Positions 19,913 to 30,211 of a stretch of DNA of 64,000 nucleotides are shown here, in pieces. The stretch lies in contig CAVZQC010000002.1 of the NCBI GenBank assembly GCA_963777315.1, positions 640,001 to 704,000 on the forward strand. Direction: 5' to 3'. Numbering within the stretch: position 1 is the stretch's first letter; every line of letters starts with the position of its first letter. The DNA comes from Vulcanimicrobiota bacterium (GTDB taxonomy: Bacteria; Vulcanimicrobiota; Vulcanimicrobiia; Vulcanimicrobiales; Vulcanimicrobiaceae). The position numbers were made by a program, and so were the translations under genes. Below the pieces are notes generated by a model that saw only the letters and a program-made list of their open reading frames with translations, made no database searches and was not told the origin of the DNA.

Positions 19913-22393
19913 TTAGGGAAGGGCGCGCGCGTCGACGCGCACGGCGGTACCGGCTGCAAACTTCACGTACGTCACCGGTCCATACCGGTCCGTGCCCGCA
20001 CTCCAGCCCCAGCCGGCTGCGCTTTCGAGCGCACCTTCATCGGCATGGCGAGGCGCAGGTGTTCCGTCGAGCGCAACGCGATGCGCCGACAGGCCGTGCA
20101 GGCGGAGGACGAATTCGCGCAATTGCGGCCGGTAGCTGCCGGTAGGGGAACCGGCGAGGAACTCTACAGAATCGTCGCGGCGTGCAACGGCGAGCCGCTG
20201 TTCGTAGTACACGCCCTTTTCGTACGCATACGAAACGCCGTCGTCATCGTAATAGTCGAACGAACTTGTCGCATCTGCAGGGAACACGTCCAGATACACG
20301 CGCGTCACGGGACGTTCGCCGACGTATTGGGCGACGTTTTGCGTAGGAACGATCGCGCCCGAGCGCACGAACAGCGGAATGTCGGCCCACGTGCTCGGGT
20401 CGACGGCGTAATCGATCGTCTTGGGCCCCATGTAGCGCGTCCCGCGGAAATAGTCCAACCAGACGCCTTTGGGCAAATAGACGCTGCGATGCGCCTGCCC
20501 TTGGCCGAAAACCGGCGCAACGAGCAGCTCGTCTCCGAACATCCACTCGTCCGTTACCCAACGCGCGTCTCCATCGTCCGGAAAGTCCCAAATCAACGGC
20601 CGCACGATCCCCGCGCCCGTGAGGTTTGCTTGCCGCTCGTATGCGTACATGTACGGCATCAGCTGATAGCGCAGATCGATTGCCGCCTTTGCAACCTGCT
20701 CGGCATGCGGGCCGTAGACCCAAGGCTGGCGCTTCTCGCCCAGCGTTCCGTGCACGCGCATGATCGGCACGAATGCCGCGAACTGCATCCAGCGCGCGTA
20801 GTTTTCGCCGTCGGGATGCCCGTCGAAACCGCCGGTGTCCATGCTCCAATGCGGTTCTGCCAAGTCGATCGTTCCCAGCATGCGAATCGCCTGCTCTCGC
20901 ATCGAGTCGAAGCTGGTTTCGACATCGCCGGACCACTGCGCGTACGCGTAGCGCTGCGCGCCCAGATAAAAATTGCGGTTGAGCGACCAAACGCGACGGT
21001 CGCCGTGAGAACGCGCGCCCTCGTACATCGCGCGCTCCATGTTCAAATGCTGAAAGTTCGGAAACCGCACGAAACCTTCGTCCAAGGGGCTTCCGAGGGC
21101 ATCGGCCTCATCGTTCCAAAAACCGGCGATCCCGGCGCGATATGCCGACAGCATGTGCCGCCAGAACCATGCGCGCGCGAGCGGCCTGGAGAAGTCGACG
21201 TCCAGCGCCTGACGTCCGGAAAAATAGTCGGTATACGGTCTTTCCCACGAGAAGAACAGCCGGTGCGCAAAAGCGAACCGCGCCGCCGCATCGACGCGGT
21301 GCGAAGCGTCGTACAGCAAGATGCGCGGCTTGTAGATGCCCGCGACGTGCACGCCCAATGCGGCCAGCGTGCGCGCAAATGCGCCGGACGCACCGTCTGG
21401 GAACAGATCGGGGTGCACGTTGCCCGGTGCGCGCGTACTGTTCCAGCGCCATTCGCCGTAGTGGTCTTCGCCCCACGCTTTCCAGTCGAAGTCCAGGATG
21501 AATGCGTCGAGCGGAATCTGCTTGGCGCGGTAGGTGCGCACGATACGCTCGACTTCGCTTTGCGACGAGCCCCACTGGCTGTTCATGAAGCCGAGCGACC
21601 ATTTGGGCATCATCGGCGGATGACCGCTGATGTCCGCGACGGCGTGCATGATGGTTTTCGGATCGCCCACGATCGCGTAGTAGACGACGTCCCTGCGGGA
21701 ACCATGTTCGAACCGGATTCCGCCGCGTGTGTCGAACCTGCCGCCGTCCGAATCGACGAGCAAGCCGTAACGCGTCGTGTACACCAGCGGAGCGCCGCCG
21801 TCGCCCTGCTCGCCCGCGCTCACGACGCCGCCTAAGCGCGCGATGCCCAAGCGAATGTCCTGAGCGGCGTTGACGTTGTCGCCGGGAAGGCTCGTATTGT
21901 CGATGCCGAAGAGCGTGCCGTCCCACGGACGCGTGAAGCGAACCGCGCCCGGATGCACGCCTTGCGTCTGCGGTTCTTGCACGAGTAAATGACGCGCGGC
22001 ATCGTACAGCGAGAGCCGAACGGGATCTTTGGCGATGGTCACGATCATGCGGCCCGTGGAGATGACGATTGGATTGGAACGCGTATCGATCTGCGCGCGG
22101 ATTTGCGTATCCCATTTACGATTGGGATCCAGCACGAGCGTAGATGCACCGGAGCGCCCCTGCGGCAAGTAGTGCACCCGCACGACGTTGCGTTCGACGA
22201 TTTGCACGATGAGCGTATCGCGTCCGGCACGCAGGGTAACCGTATCGCCCCGCACCGTCAGGCCCGTCATTCGCCCAAGGGCGCCCCCCGCTTGCTCGGC
22301 GGCGGCCTGCGAGCAGGTCACCGCCGAGGCGGCGAGCGTCGATAGCGCAAATACCAGCGCGGCTGTGCACGTTCCGCGGTATGGATCGCCCAT
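19913..22393 (-). CDS. Secreted GH31 alpha-glycosidase
   Basis: PPMMPKWSLGF, IPLDAFILDFDW, GFWND, QWSGD, ENYARWMQF, WMFGDELLVAPV. Confidence 0.93.
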   Translation of the reverse strand: MGDPYRGTCTAALVFALSTLAASAVTCSQAAAEQAGGALGRMTGLTVRGDTVTLRAGRDTLIVQIVERNVVRVHYLPQGRSGASTLVLDPNRKWDTQIRAQIDTRSNPIVISTGRMIVTIAKDPVRLSLYDAARHLLVQEPQTQGVHPGAVRFTRPWDGTLFGIDNTSLPGDNVNAAQDIRLGIARLGGVVSAGEQGDGGAPLVYTTRYGLLVDSDGGRFDTRGGIRFEHGSRRDVVYYAIVGDPKTIMHAVADISGHPPMMPKWSLGFMNSQWGSSQSEVERIVRTYRAKQIPLDAFILDFDWKAWGEDHYGEWRWNSTRAPGNVHPDLFPDGASGAFARTLAALGVHVAGIYKPRILLYDASHRVDAAARFAFAHRLFFSWERPYTDYFSGRQALDVDFSRPLARAWFWRHMLSAYRAGIAGFWNDEADALGSPLDEGFVRFPNFQHLNMERAMYEGARSHGDRRVWSLNRNFYLGAQRYAYAQWSGDVETSFDSMREQAIRMLGTIDLAEPHWSMDTGGFDGHPDGENYARWMQFAAFVPIMRVHGTLGEKRQPWVYGPHAEQVAKAAIDLRYQLMPYMYAYERQANLTGAGIVRPLIWDFPDDGDARWVTDEWMFGDELLVAPVFGQGQAHRSVYLPKGVWLDYFRGTRYMGPKTIDYAVDPSTWADIPLFVRSGAIVPTQNVAQYVGERPVTRVYLDVFPADATSSFDYYDDDGVSYAYEKGVYYEQRLAVARRDDSVEFLAGSPTGSYRPQLREFVLRLHGLSAHRVALDGTPAPRHADEGALESAAGWGWSAGTDRYGPVTYVKFAAGTAVRVDARALP

Positions 22394-22448
22394 CGGAAAG
22401 CCCTTCGCCGCAGCAAGCGCTCGCACCAGCCCAATTTTCGCTCATCCG

Positions 22449-22475
22449 TGTCGATTTTGGCAGCGCTCGTTCGAC
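22449..22475 (+). promoter_or_regulatory. ECF42-type promoter TGTCGA-N17-CGAC
   Basis: Matches the ECF42 consensus as I recall it (TGTCGA / CG(A/T)C), upstream of the yciI-sigma operon. Confidence 0.7.
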
Positions 22476-22511
22476 GTGTAGATAAACCGCGTAAACAAAG
22501 GAGATGCAATA

Positions 22512-22928
22512 ATGCGATTCATCGTGCTGGTCAAAGCCACTGCGGATTCCGAGGCCGGCGTTTTGCCCACCACCGAGCAATTCGCTGAAATGGGCGCGTT
22601 CAACGAAGAGATGGTCAAAGCGGGCGTGATGCTCGCGGGCGAGGGACTCCAGCCCAGTTCGAAGGGAGCGCGCATTCGCTATTCGGGCACCAAGCACACC
22701 GTGATCGATGGTCCCTTCACCGAAGCCAAAGAACTCGTGGCCGGCTTTTGGCTGATTCAGGTCAAATCGAAGGAAGAAGCGATCCAGTGGCTGTCTCGCG
22801 CGCCAATGGGCGAAGGAGAGGTCGAGATCCGGCAAATCTTCGAAGCCGAAGATTTCGGGGAGGCAGTCACTCCGGAACTGCGTCAAGCTGAAGAGAGAAT
22901 GCGCGCGCAGCTCGGCGGAAAGCCCTAA
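22512..22928 (+). CDS. YciI / DGPF domain protein
   Basis: IDGPFTEAKELVAGFWLI motif. Confidence 0.93.
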   Translation: MRFIVLVKATADSEAGVLPTTEQFAEMGAFNEEMVKAGVMLAGEGLQPSSKGARIRYSGTKHTVIDGPFTEAKELVAGFWLIQVKSKEEAIQWLSRAPMGEGEVEIRQIFEAEDFGEAVTPELRQAEERMRAQLGGKP

Positions 22929-22941
22929 TGTGTCCGGTTGC

Positions 22942-24223
22942 GTGACCAGGCCGGATATCGCTCGCACGATCGACGCGATCTGGCGGATCGAGTCGGCGAA
23001 GCTGATTGCCTGCCTGGCACGCATCGTACGCGACGTCGGTGTCGCCGAAGAGGTGGCGCAGGACGCGTTCGTCGCCGCGCTCGAGCAGTGGCCGCAGTCC
23101 GGCGTTCCCGCTAAGCCGGGTGCGTGGCTGATGGCCACGGCAAAGCATCGCGCGATCGACCGGCTGCGGCGAGATACGTTGCTCGCGCACAAGCGCGAGC
23201 AACTCGGCCGCGAGCTGGCGCGAGTGCAAGCGGTTACTGCGGGTTTCGACGACGCCGACGACGGCGACGATCTGACGCGCCTTGTTTTCATCACGTGTCA
23301 CCCGATTCTGTCTAAGCCCGCACGCGTTGCGCTCACGCTGCGCCTGCTCGGCGGTTTGAAGACCGACGAAATCGCGCGCGCTTTTCTGGCTGCGGAGGCC
23401 ACGATCGCCCAGCGGATCGTGCGCGCCAAACGCACGCTCTCGGAAGCGCGGATTCCATTCGAACTGCCCGGCGCGCAAGAGCGATCGCAGCGCTTGTCGT
23501 CGGTGCTCGAAGTGATCTATTTGATTTTCAACGAGGGTTATTCGGCGACCGCCGGTGACGACTGGCTGCGCCCGGATCTGTGCGAGGATGCGCTGCGGAT
23601 GGGCCGCGTCGTGGCCGAGCTCATGCCGCAGGAACCCGAAGTGCATGGCCTTGCAGCTTTGATGGAAATCCAGAGCTTCACGCCTGCGAGCACGCACGAA
23701 CGCGGCAGGCAAACCCATCCTGCTGCTCGATCAAGATCGCACCCGCTGGGACCGGCTGCTGATCGGGCGCGGCCTTGCATCGCTCGAGCGTGCCCAACGC
23801 ATTGGCGGCCCGCTCGGACCTTACGCGCTGCAAGCGCACATTGCCGCATGCCACGCACAAGCTTCCTCGGCGGCCGATACGGATTGGGCGCGAATCGTCG
23901 CGCTCTACGATGCGCTCGCGCAGCTCACGCCTTCGCCCGTCGTGGAGCTGAATCGCGCAATCGCCGTTGCCATGGCATTCGGCCCCGTCGCGGGTTTGGA
24001 GCTGGTCGATGCTCTGGTTCACGAACCTGCGCTCGAAAGGTATCATCTGCTGCCCAGCGTGCGTGGCGATCTGCTGGAAAAGGTCGGCCGTCCGAGCGAG
24101 GCGCGAACCGAGTTCGAGCGCGCGGCGTCGCTTACGCGCAACGCGCCCGAACGTCGGCTTCTGCTCGAACGGGCCGCCAAATGCGAGCGCGCACTCAGCG
24201 CAGATACTTGGCGAACCAATTGA
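22942..24223 (+). CDS. ECF42-type RNA polymerase sigma factor with C-terminal TPR extension (one +1 frameshift near 23674)
   Basis: AEEVAQDAF, AWLMATAKHRAID, IYLIFNEGY; +1 frame continues LLDQDRTRWD...SPVVELNRAIA; adjacent to the DGPF gene. Confidence 0.88.
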
Positions 24224-26153
24224 CGGTCCGCGTGAGAATGTCGATCTGATTGGCGGGTTTTCGCGGCCCGTGGCCCTCGTCGGCATACACCACCAGCTGG
24301 GACGGCACGCGCAGCTCCTGCATCGCGTGATAAAACTCAAACGCCTGGGGCGCGGGAACCTCTTCGTCGCGCTCGCCCTGCAGGATCAGCACCGGCGTCT
24401 TGGAGTGTTTGATGAACGTGATCGGCGAGCTCTTCGCATAAACTTGCGGATCGTCGTATACCGAAGCGCCGAAGAATGGAATCATCCATCGATCGATATC
24501 GTTCTGCCCGTAATACGATTGCCAGTTCACGATACCGGCGCCCGCGACGATGGCTTTGAAACGCGTAGTCTGCGTTTCCGCCCACATGCCCATGTATCCG
24601 CCATAGCTCCATCCGAACAGCCCGAGCGCACGCGGATCGATCGGTGCGGAGCGTTCGGCGGCATCGACGCCGCTGAGATCGTCGCGCCAGTCGCCGTAGC
24701 CGAAGTCCTTGATGTTGGCACGCGTGAAACGCTCGCCTTGACCGAAGCTGCCGCGCGGGTTGGGCTCGAAGACGAAGTAGCCGTGGCTGCTTAGCGCGGC
24801 GACGTAGCGGTTGCCGAAGTCCGGTAAACTCTCCGCGCCCGGACCGCCGTGAACGATCGTTATCATCGGATAGCGATGCTTGCGATCGTACCGCAGCGGA
24901 TATACGAGCCAGCCTTGAACGTCGAAGCCTTCGTTCTTCCATTGCAGCGACCGCGCCGGGCCCCAAAGGCGCATTGCTCCCGCGTTGACGTGGGTGATTT
25001 GATGCAAGGCTCCCGGTAGGCCCGTCCAAAGCTCGGGCGGTGCGTCGAACGACTCGCGCACGAGCGCAATCCGTCCGGATCGCGGGACTACGTCCCAGCT
25101 GCGGATCGATTCCGCGCTGCTCGTGAGCGCGCGCAGCGCACCGGTGCGCGCGTTAAGGCGGTAGAGGTGAATCGTCCCCTTGCTGTGCGCGGCCATGTAG
25201 AGAGTGCCGTCGTTCACCCAACGCAGCGACGAAGCCGAGATCGGCATGCCCGGAGCAACGTCGCGCACCTGTCCGGACGACGCGCTGACGACGTACACGT
25301 CGCCGCCGACCGATCCGAAGTCGCTCATCAGGCCGCCCACTAACGCAATGAGCTTTCCGTCGGGGGACCATTGCGGATCGTTGATTTGGTACGAAGGACG
25401 CAGCAAATCGCGGGTGCGGCCGTGCGCATCCACCGATGCTAGCCGCGCCAGCCACCAATTATCGTCGCCGCTGCCGTAGGCGTACGTATAGGCCAGTCGC
25501 TTCGAACCCGGGGCCCAGGCGTACTCGTAGACGTAAGCATTTGCCGGCGTCAGCTCGCGAACGGCGCCCGATTTCGGATCGACCAGCGCAAGCTGCTGTT
25601 CGTCGACGGTCGTGCCGATTACGCCGACCTTGCGAGCGGCGGCTGCAAGAGCACCGGATTTCCGGTGCGGGTGGGCGATGTACAGCATGGCCAGCGTTGT
25701 GCCGTCGGGCGACCAGCGTAACGCTTGCGGCGCACCGGTGAGATGCGTAACGCAGCGCGCGTTGCGGCCGTTGGCGTCCGCGATAAGAATCTGCAGCTGT
25801 CCCTGCGATTTCGCATCGGAGAGAAACGCTATGCGAGATCCGTCCGCAGACCACACCGGGTCTTCGTCGTCGAAATAGTTCTGCGGATTGCCCGTGCTCA
25901 AGCGCACCGGAGCACCGGCGTTTCGCTGTACGAAGAGCGCGGTTTTTATGGCCGGATGCGCCGGGCCGCCGGGCCGAAACGATTCCTCGAACACGACGGC
26001 ATCGCCGCGCGGTGACAGTCCGACGTTGGACAAATCGTGCAAAGCAAAAATCGAACGCAGCACGAACGGCATGGACGGCGCAGGCTGGGCTTGAGCCGCG
26101 GCGGCCGGCGCCAGTGCCAAAGCGCAACCTGCAAGCATGCGCAGCACCTTCAT
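24195..26153 (-). CDS. Secreted S9 family peptidase
   Basis: Signal peptide, TolB-like propeller repeats (WSPDG), HGGP, GWSYGG, GERD, DEGH. Confidence 0.93.
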   Translation of the reverse strand: MKVLRMLAGCALALAPAAAAQAQPAPSMPFVLRSIFALHDLSNVGLSPRGDAVVFEESFRPGGPAHPAIKTALFVQRNAGAPVRLSTGNPQNYFDDEDPVWSADGSRIAFLSDAKSQGQLQILIADANGRNARCVTHLTGAPQALRWSPDGTTLAMLYIAHPHRKSGALAAAARKVGVIGTTVDEQQLALVDPKSGAVRELTPANAYVYEYAWAPGSKRLAYTYAYGSGDDNWWLARLASVDAHGRTRDLLRPSYQINDPQWSPDGKLIALVGGLMSDFGSVGGDVYVVSASSGQVRDVAPGMPISASSLRWVNDGTLYMAAHSKGTIHLYRLNARTGALRALTSSAESIRSWDVVPRSGRIALVRESFDAPPELWTGLPGALHQITHVNAGAMRLWGPARSLQWKNEGFDVQGWLVYPLRYDRKHRYPMITIVHGGPGAESLPDFGNRYVAALSSHGYFVFEPNPRGSFGQGERFTRANIKDFGYGDWRDDLSGVDAAERSAPIDPRALGLFGWSYGGYMGMWAETQTTRFKAIVAGAGIVNWQSYYGQNDIDRWMIPFFGASVYDDPQVYAKSSPITFIKHSKTPVLILQGERDEEVPAPQAFEFYHAMQELRVPSQLVVYADEGHGPRKPANQIDILTRTVNWFAKYLR

Positions 26154-26210
26154 AAACGGCGCTTTCGCGGCGGTGCGCCCCGCGCCTGTAGCGATGCGAG
26201 CCGGCGGCAA

Positions 26211-26840
26211 TTAGCGCGCGTGCTGAACGATGTGAGCCACGATTCGAGACCCGTCGGAGAGAATGTATTCGTCCGCGGGCGGCGCATTGGGCACGAACAG
26301 TTCTCCCGCGTTACCGCTGATCGTTAACCGTCCCAGCACGACGGCGGCAGCGCCCCGCCTGGCGGTGACCGTGTACGAAATGCGCGTCTGCGCAACGAAA
26401 TAGCGCCAGGGCCGGGTACGGCCGAACAGCATTTTTGCCGGCGGCGCATTCGGCACGAGCGGCACGAATTGGGCGTGCGCGAAGTGGCTGGTGGCCAGCG
26501 CGTGCACTGCGGTCTGTTGCTGAACGTTGAACGCGTTCTGCGTGCGGCCGGCGTTCCAGATCCATGCCGTGGGCAATAGGCCCAGCACGAACGCTGCAGC
26601 AACCAGCGCGCTTGGTGCGCGCCACGAACGGTTGGGCGCGAACGCGGCGTGCATGCGCCGATCCAATTGTTCGGACGGTCGAGCTTCCTGCACCAATTGT
26701 GCCACGGTAGCCTCAGCCTCGCCGATGCGCCGGGCGCAGGCGCCGCACTGGGACGCATGGCGATCGACCTGTGCGCGCGATCGATCGTCGAGTGCGCCGA
26801 GCGCGTAGAGTTCAGCCAGTTCCTCAACGTGCGCTGTCAT
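26211..26840 (-). CDS. Anti-sigma factor (zf-HC2, RskA-like)
   Basis: ELYALGALD, HASQCGAC (HxxxCxxC), TM helix; ATGA overlap with the sigma gene. Confidence 0.85.
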   Translation of the reverse strand: MTAHVEELAELYALGALDDRSRAQVDRHASQCGACARRIGEAEATVAQLVQEARPSEQLDRRMHAAFAPNRSWRAPSALVAAAFVLGLLPTAWIWNAGRTQNAFNVQQQTAVHALATSHFAHAQFVPLVPNAPPAKMLFGRTRPWRYFVAQTRISYTVTARRGAAAVVLGRLTISGNAGELFVPNAPPADEYILSDGSRIVAHIVQHAR

Positions 26841-27400
26841 GAATGTCTCTCCGAGAGCGCGCCGCGCAGGCTGCGCAACGCCTCCGACAGCCGGCTTTTC
26901 ACCGTGCCGAGCGGCGTTCCGAGCCGGTTTGCGATCTCCGCGTGCGTTAAGCCTTCATAGTACGCGAGCTGAATGGCCTCGCGCTGCACGCCGGTCAGCG
27001 CGCGAACGCCTTGCGAGAGCGCAACGGCATCCAAGAGCTGCTCTTGGTCCGTGAGCGGTTCGAGCGACTCGAGGATGCGTTTTCGATTGGCGTCGCGCCG
27101 TACGCGCGAAAGCGCCTCGTTGCGTGCGCAAACGATCAGGAACGCGCGCAGCGATCCGCGTTGGGTACTGTAGGCGTGCCCGCGCTGCCATAGTCGCACC
27201 AGCACGTCGTGCACGCAGTCTTCGGCGTCCGCGCGATCGCGCAGCACCGTTAACGCCGCACCGAACAGCAGGTTGCGGTACATGCGGTAGGCGGCTTCGT
27301 ACGCCCACGCCTGGCGAGCCACAAAGCCGACCTCGATCGCGTCGGTTATGGCGGCTGAGTCATCCCGCGAGCGATTTGTCGCCGATGATGGGCGATCCAT
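26837..27400 (-). CDS. ECF sigma-70 factor (SigK-like)
   Basis: DAEDCVHDVL, LAYYEGLTHAEIA, PLGTVKSR; start inferred. Confidence 0.92.
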   Translation of the reverse strand: MDRPSSATNRSRDDSAAITDAIEVGFVARQAWAYEAAYRMYRNLLFGAALTVLRDRADAEDCVHDVLVRLWQRGHAYSTQRGSLRAFLIVCARNEALSRVRRDANRKRILESLEPLTDQEQLLDAVALSQGVRALTGVQREAIQLAYYEGLTHAEIANRLGTPLGTVKSRLSEALRSLRGALSERHS

Positions 27401-28250
27401 CGACCTGCAATTCGACGGTCCGATAGCCGATCGCATGCAGCAGCCGATCGGGCGGGAGCGTGAGCGGTCCGGGTCTGGGCGCCTTGCCCGGCGCGGGTTG
27501 AGGATACGCCGTCGCATCCGCCGTTGCGAACGAGATATTGCCTTCGCTGTGCCGGATCACTTGATGAATGTGGCCGTTGAGCACGGTCACGCGATCGAAG
27601 CGTTTGAGCAACGCAAGAGCCTGCGCACCATCTTCGGTGGTCCAGCCCCATTGGGCGTACAGCGCATACAGCGGCACGTGCGCGAACACGACGATCGGCG
27701 TAGTGCCTTTCTGTCCTGCCAGGTCACGCTGCAGCCACGCCAGCTGCTCGGTGCCCAGCAAGCCCATCTTCTCGAAGCTGAACACGTTGATCAGTGCGAC
27801 GTAGTGGATTCCATCGCGATCCCACGAGTACCACTGCAAACGCGCATCGGGCGTTTGAAACGCTTGGAAAAAGCTGCGGTGATCGCCGCCGATGAAGTCG
27901 TGTTCGCCGGGAAGGACGACGAGCGGCGCGCGCAGCTGCTGCAGAATGTCCTTGGCGGCGGCGAATTGCTCGGGCTTGGACAGATGCGTGACGTCGCCGG
28001 TGTGCACCACGAATTGCGGCTGCGGAGAAAGGGTATTGATGATGTCGACCGTGCGCTTGAGCGTTGCGCTCACGTCGTGGTTTGCCGCCTGGTGAAAGCC
28101 GATGTGGCTGTCGCTGATTTGGACGAAATGCGCGGCGCTTTTGAGGCCGCCCGCTATGGCCGTTCCGGTAAACAGTCCTTCGACCGAAAGCGTATAGGCA
28201 ATGCCCGCGCCGGTCCAACCGACGTGCTGCAAAAAATCTGCGCGTTTCAT
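27360..28250 (-). CDS. Metallophosphoesterase (Icc/CpdA-like) with Tat-like leader
   Basis: DSH, GD, GEHD, H, GHIH motifs; MKRADFL leader. Confidence 0.9.
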   Translation of the reverse strand: MKRADFLQHVGWTGAGIAYTLSVEGLFTGTAIAGGLKSAAHFVQISDSHIGFHQAANHDVSATLKRTVDIINTLSPQPQFVVHTGDVTHLSKPEQFAAAKDILQQLRAPLVVLPGEHDFIGGDHRSFFQAFQTPDARLQWYSWDRDGIHYVALINVFSFEKMGLLGTEQLAWLQRDLAGQKGTTPIVVFAHVPLYALYAQWGWTTEDGAQALALLKRFDRVTVLNGHIHQVIRHSEGNISFATADATAYPQPAPGKAPRPGPLTLPPDRLLHAIGYRTVELQVDGSPIIGDKSLAG

Positions 28251-28531
28251 CGGCTGCCGCGTTTCGGTGCGACGACGATAATCGTGCCGATCATATACGG
28301 ATGGAGTTCGCAGAAGTACCGGTACGTGCCCGGCTTAGTGAAGCGATGACTCCACGAAGCGTTGGTGTCCAGGCCTCCCGAGTCGAACGATTTGCCGGCG
28401 TCCGTCACGGTGTGCGCCTCGTCGTCCTTGTTGACGAAGCGAACCGTTTGGCCGGTGGTTACGGTAAGCGTTGCCGGCTTGAACGCAAAATTGTCGATGG
28501 TGACCAGAGCGGCCAAAATCATATGCATCAT
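28247..28531 (-). CDS. Small cupredoxin (plastocyanin/amicyanin-like)
   Basis: AHTVT and YFCELHPYM type-1 Cu ligands. Confidence 0.92.
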   Translation of the reverse strand: MMHMILAALVTIDNFAFKPATLTVTTGQTVRFVNKDDEAHTVTDAGKSFDSGGLDTNASWSHRFTKPGTYRYFCELHPYMIGTIIVVAPKRGSR

Positions 28532-28567
28532 ACCGCATATATGCGTGGGCGCCCGCTTTGGTTCGGT

Positions 28568-29305
28568 TTAAGGCGCCGATGCCTGCCAAGCCGCGACGTC
28601 GGTCACGCGAGGCAGCATGGCATTGCGTGTAAGCAAGGTTTTGACGTACCATTGGCCGCCGTGATCCGAGAACACGGCCACCACGGGATCCCCCAGCGGC
28701 GGCAACACGACGCTGTGCTTACGAAGAAACGGATCGTCCGCCCATGGTGCAGCCGGACCGGGGCGCCAAACGAACTGCACGCGGACGGCGTGCGAGCCTG
28801 CAGGCCGAGTCCAACGCACGCGAGTTGGAAGCAGCCGTGAGTAGCACAAATACGGGAAGTGATCCGGATTGTCTCCAAAGCCGTTATCGTCGAAGTAATA
28901 GGGCAATGCGCGAAGCGTCAGGCGATAATACGTGCCGTCGGACTGGGAAGTCCGTACGAGCAATCCCGCACGCACGAGTGCGTTGAGCACGCCGTATGCC
29001 TGGCGAACCTTCGGATGGGTCAGCCCGCTGCGCGGCACCATGCCCAACCAGTAGGGGCGCAGCCAAACGCCGTTCTGCCGATATTCTGCGCTGTATGCGG
29101 GATAGTACGAGCCTGCGACGGGCTGCGGTGCCCAACCTAGCGGAACGCATTGGTGATATTGCTGCGATAGCTGGGTGGCCAGGGCGCGCATGATGAAGCG
29201 CGGATTGCTCGGACTGTTTGCATCGAAAACGGCGGGCAGCAGCGACCACGCGGCTAGGCCGGCACCCAGGAGCATCCAAAGAACGAACTGCGCGCGCACT
29301 GCCAT
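28568..29305 (-). CDS. Hypothetical membrane-anchored protein
   Basis: N-terminal TM helix, aromatic-rich domain; fills the gap; start inferred. Confidence 0.65.
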   Translation of the reverse strand: MAVRAQFVLWMLLGAGLAAWSLLPAVFDANSPSNPRFIMRALATQLSQQYHQCVPLGWAPQPVAGSYYPAYSAEYRQNGVWLRPYWLGMVPRSGLTHPKVRQAYGVLNALVRAGLLVRTSQSDGTYYRLTLRALPYYFDDNGFGDNPDHFPYLCYSRLLPTRVRWTRPAGSHAVRVQFVWRPGPAAPWADDPFLRKHSVVLPPLGDPVVAVFSDHGGQWYVKTLLTRNAMLPRVTDVAAWQASAP

Positions 29306-29413
29306 ACCTGCTGCTTGCATTATAGCAATTCCGGCTCGGGCTGCGTGACACTCCCCGGCCGTGGCGAGCGTAAAAAAAAAGGCGTCGTCCGCGTTCTGAC
29401 CAAGTGGGTCGCG

Positions 29414-30211
29414 ATGCCGCATCCGCTCTTACCAACCCGCGAGGCGCTTGCCGCATGGCGCAGCGCCGCTAAAGCTCCGCAATGGCCGTCGTTTCGAGGA
29501 ACCGCCCAGCTCGTGGGTACCAGCTCGGACGGCCGAGTCACCGTGTACATCGACGCGGCGTTTTCCGCGGCAATGCAGAACGCGGCCGATCTTCTCAACG
29601 ACGCCAATCGGATCGTCTCGGCCAACGACGCGATCTTCGGAACGGTTGGTTCGCACGTCAACGCTATCGTATGGGCATTGAACGGACAAACCGACGGCAC
29701 CGGCGGCGCAGACCATGCCGCGTGCAATTACGCGACCGGCGGGGACATCGAGGTGGACGCGTCCCTGGGCAGCTCGCAGCGCGTTTCGGCATTGTTCGAA
29801 GCGGAGCTGAGCGAGTGTTCGATGGGCGGAGATCTTTGCGGGCAAAGCACCGGAGAGTCGCTCTCGCGCTGGTGCGCTGCCGTCATCGGCAACAACGCGC
29901 TTCCCGACTTTGCCACGGCGCCGACGTGGGCTAAGGACGGCATGCCGGATTACGTCGATCGCACCGACCCAACGGATCAGAATACCGACAGCATCGGGTG
30001 CGGCATGGCATTCTTGTCGTGGCTGATGAGCCAGGGCCATGCGCTCGACACGATTGCACCGGTAATGGTATCGCTCGGCGACGCTGGAACGCTCGCGCAA
30101 CTCTACGCTCGCGTGAGCGCAGATGCAGCGGCAAACGCGTGGCCGAAGTTTCAAGCCGCGGTCAACGGCCTCTCCGGCGGCGTGACGAGCGACGATCCGT
30201 TTGGAGCCTAG
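29414..30211 (+). CDS. Hypothetical protein (possible degenerate zincin-like fold)
   Basis: Protein-like composition; overlaps the next gene; FEAELSE...GESLSRW. Confidence 0.7.
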   Translation: MPHPLLPTREALAAWRSAAKAPQWPSFRGTAQLVGTSSDGRVTVYIDAAFSAAMQNAADLLNDANRIVSANDAIFGTVGSHVNAIVWALNGQTDGTGGADHAACNYATGGDIEVDASLGSSQRVSALFEAELSECSMGGDLCGQSTGESLSRWCAAVIGNNALPDFATAPTWAKDGMPDYVDRTDPTDQNTDSIGCGMAFLSWLMSQGHALDTIAPVMVSLGDAGTLAQLYARVSADAAANAWPKFQAAVNGLSGGVTSDDPFGA

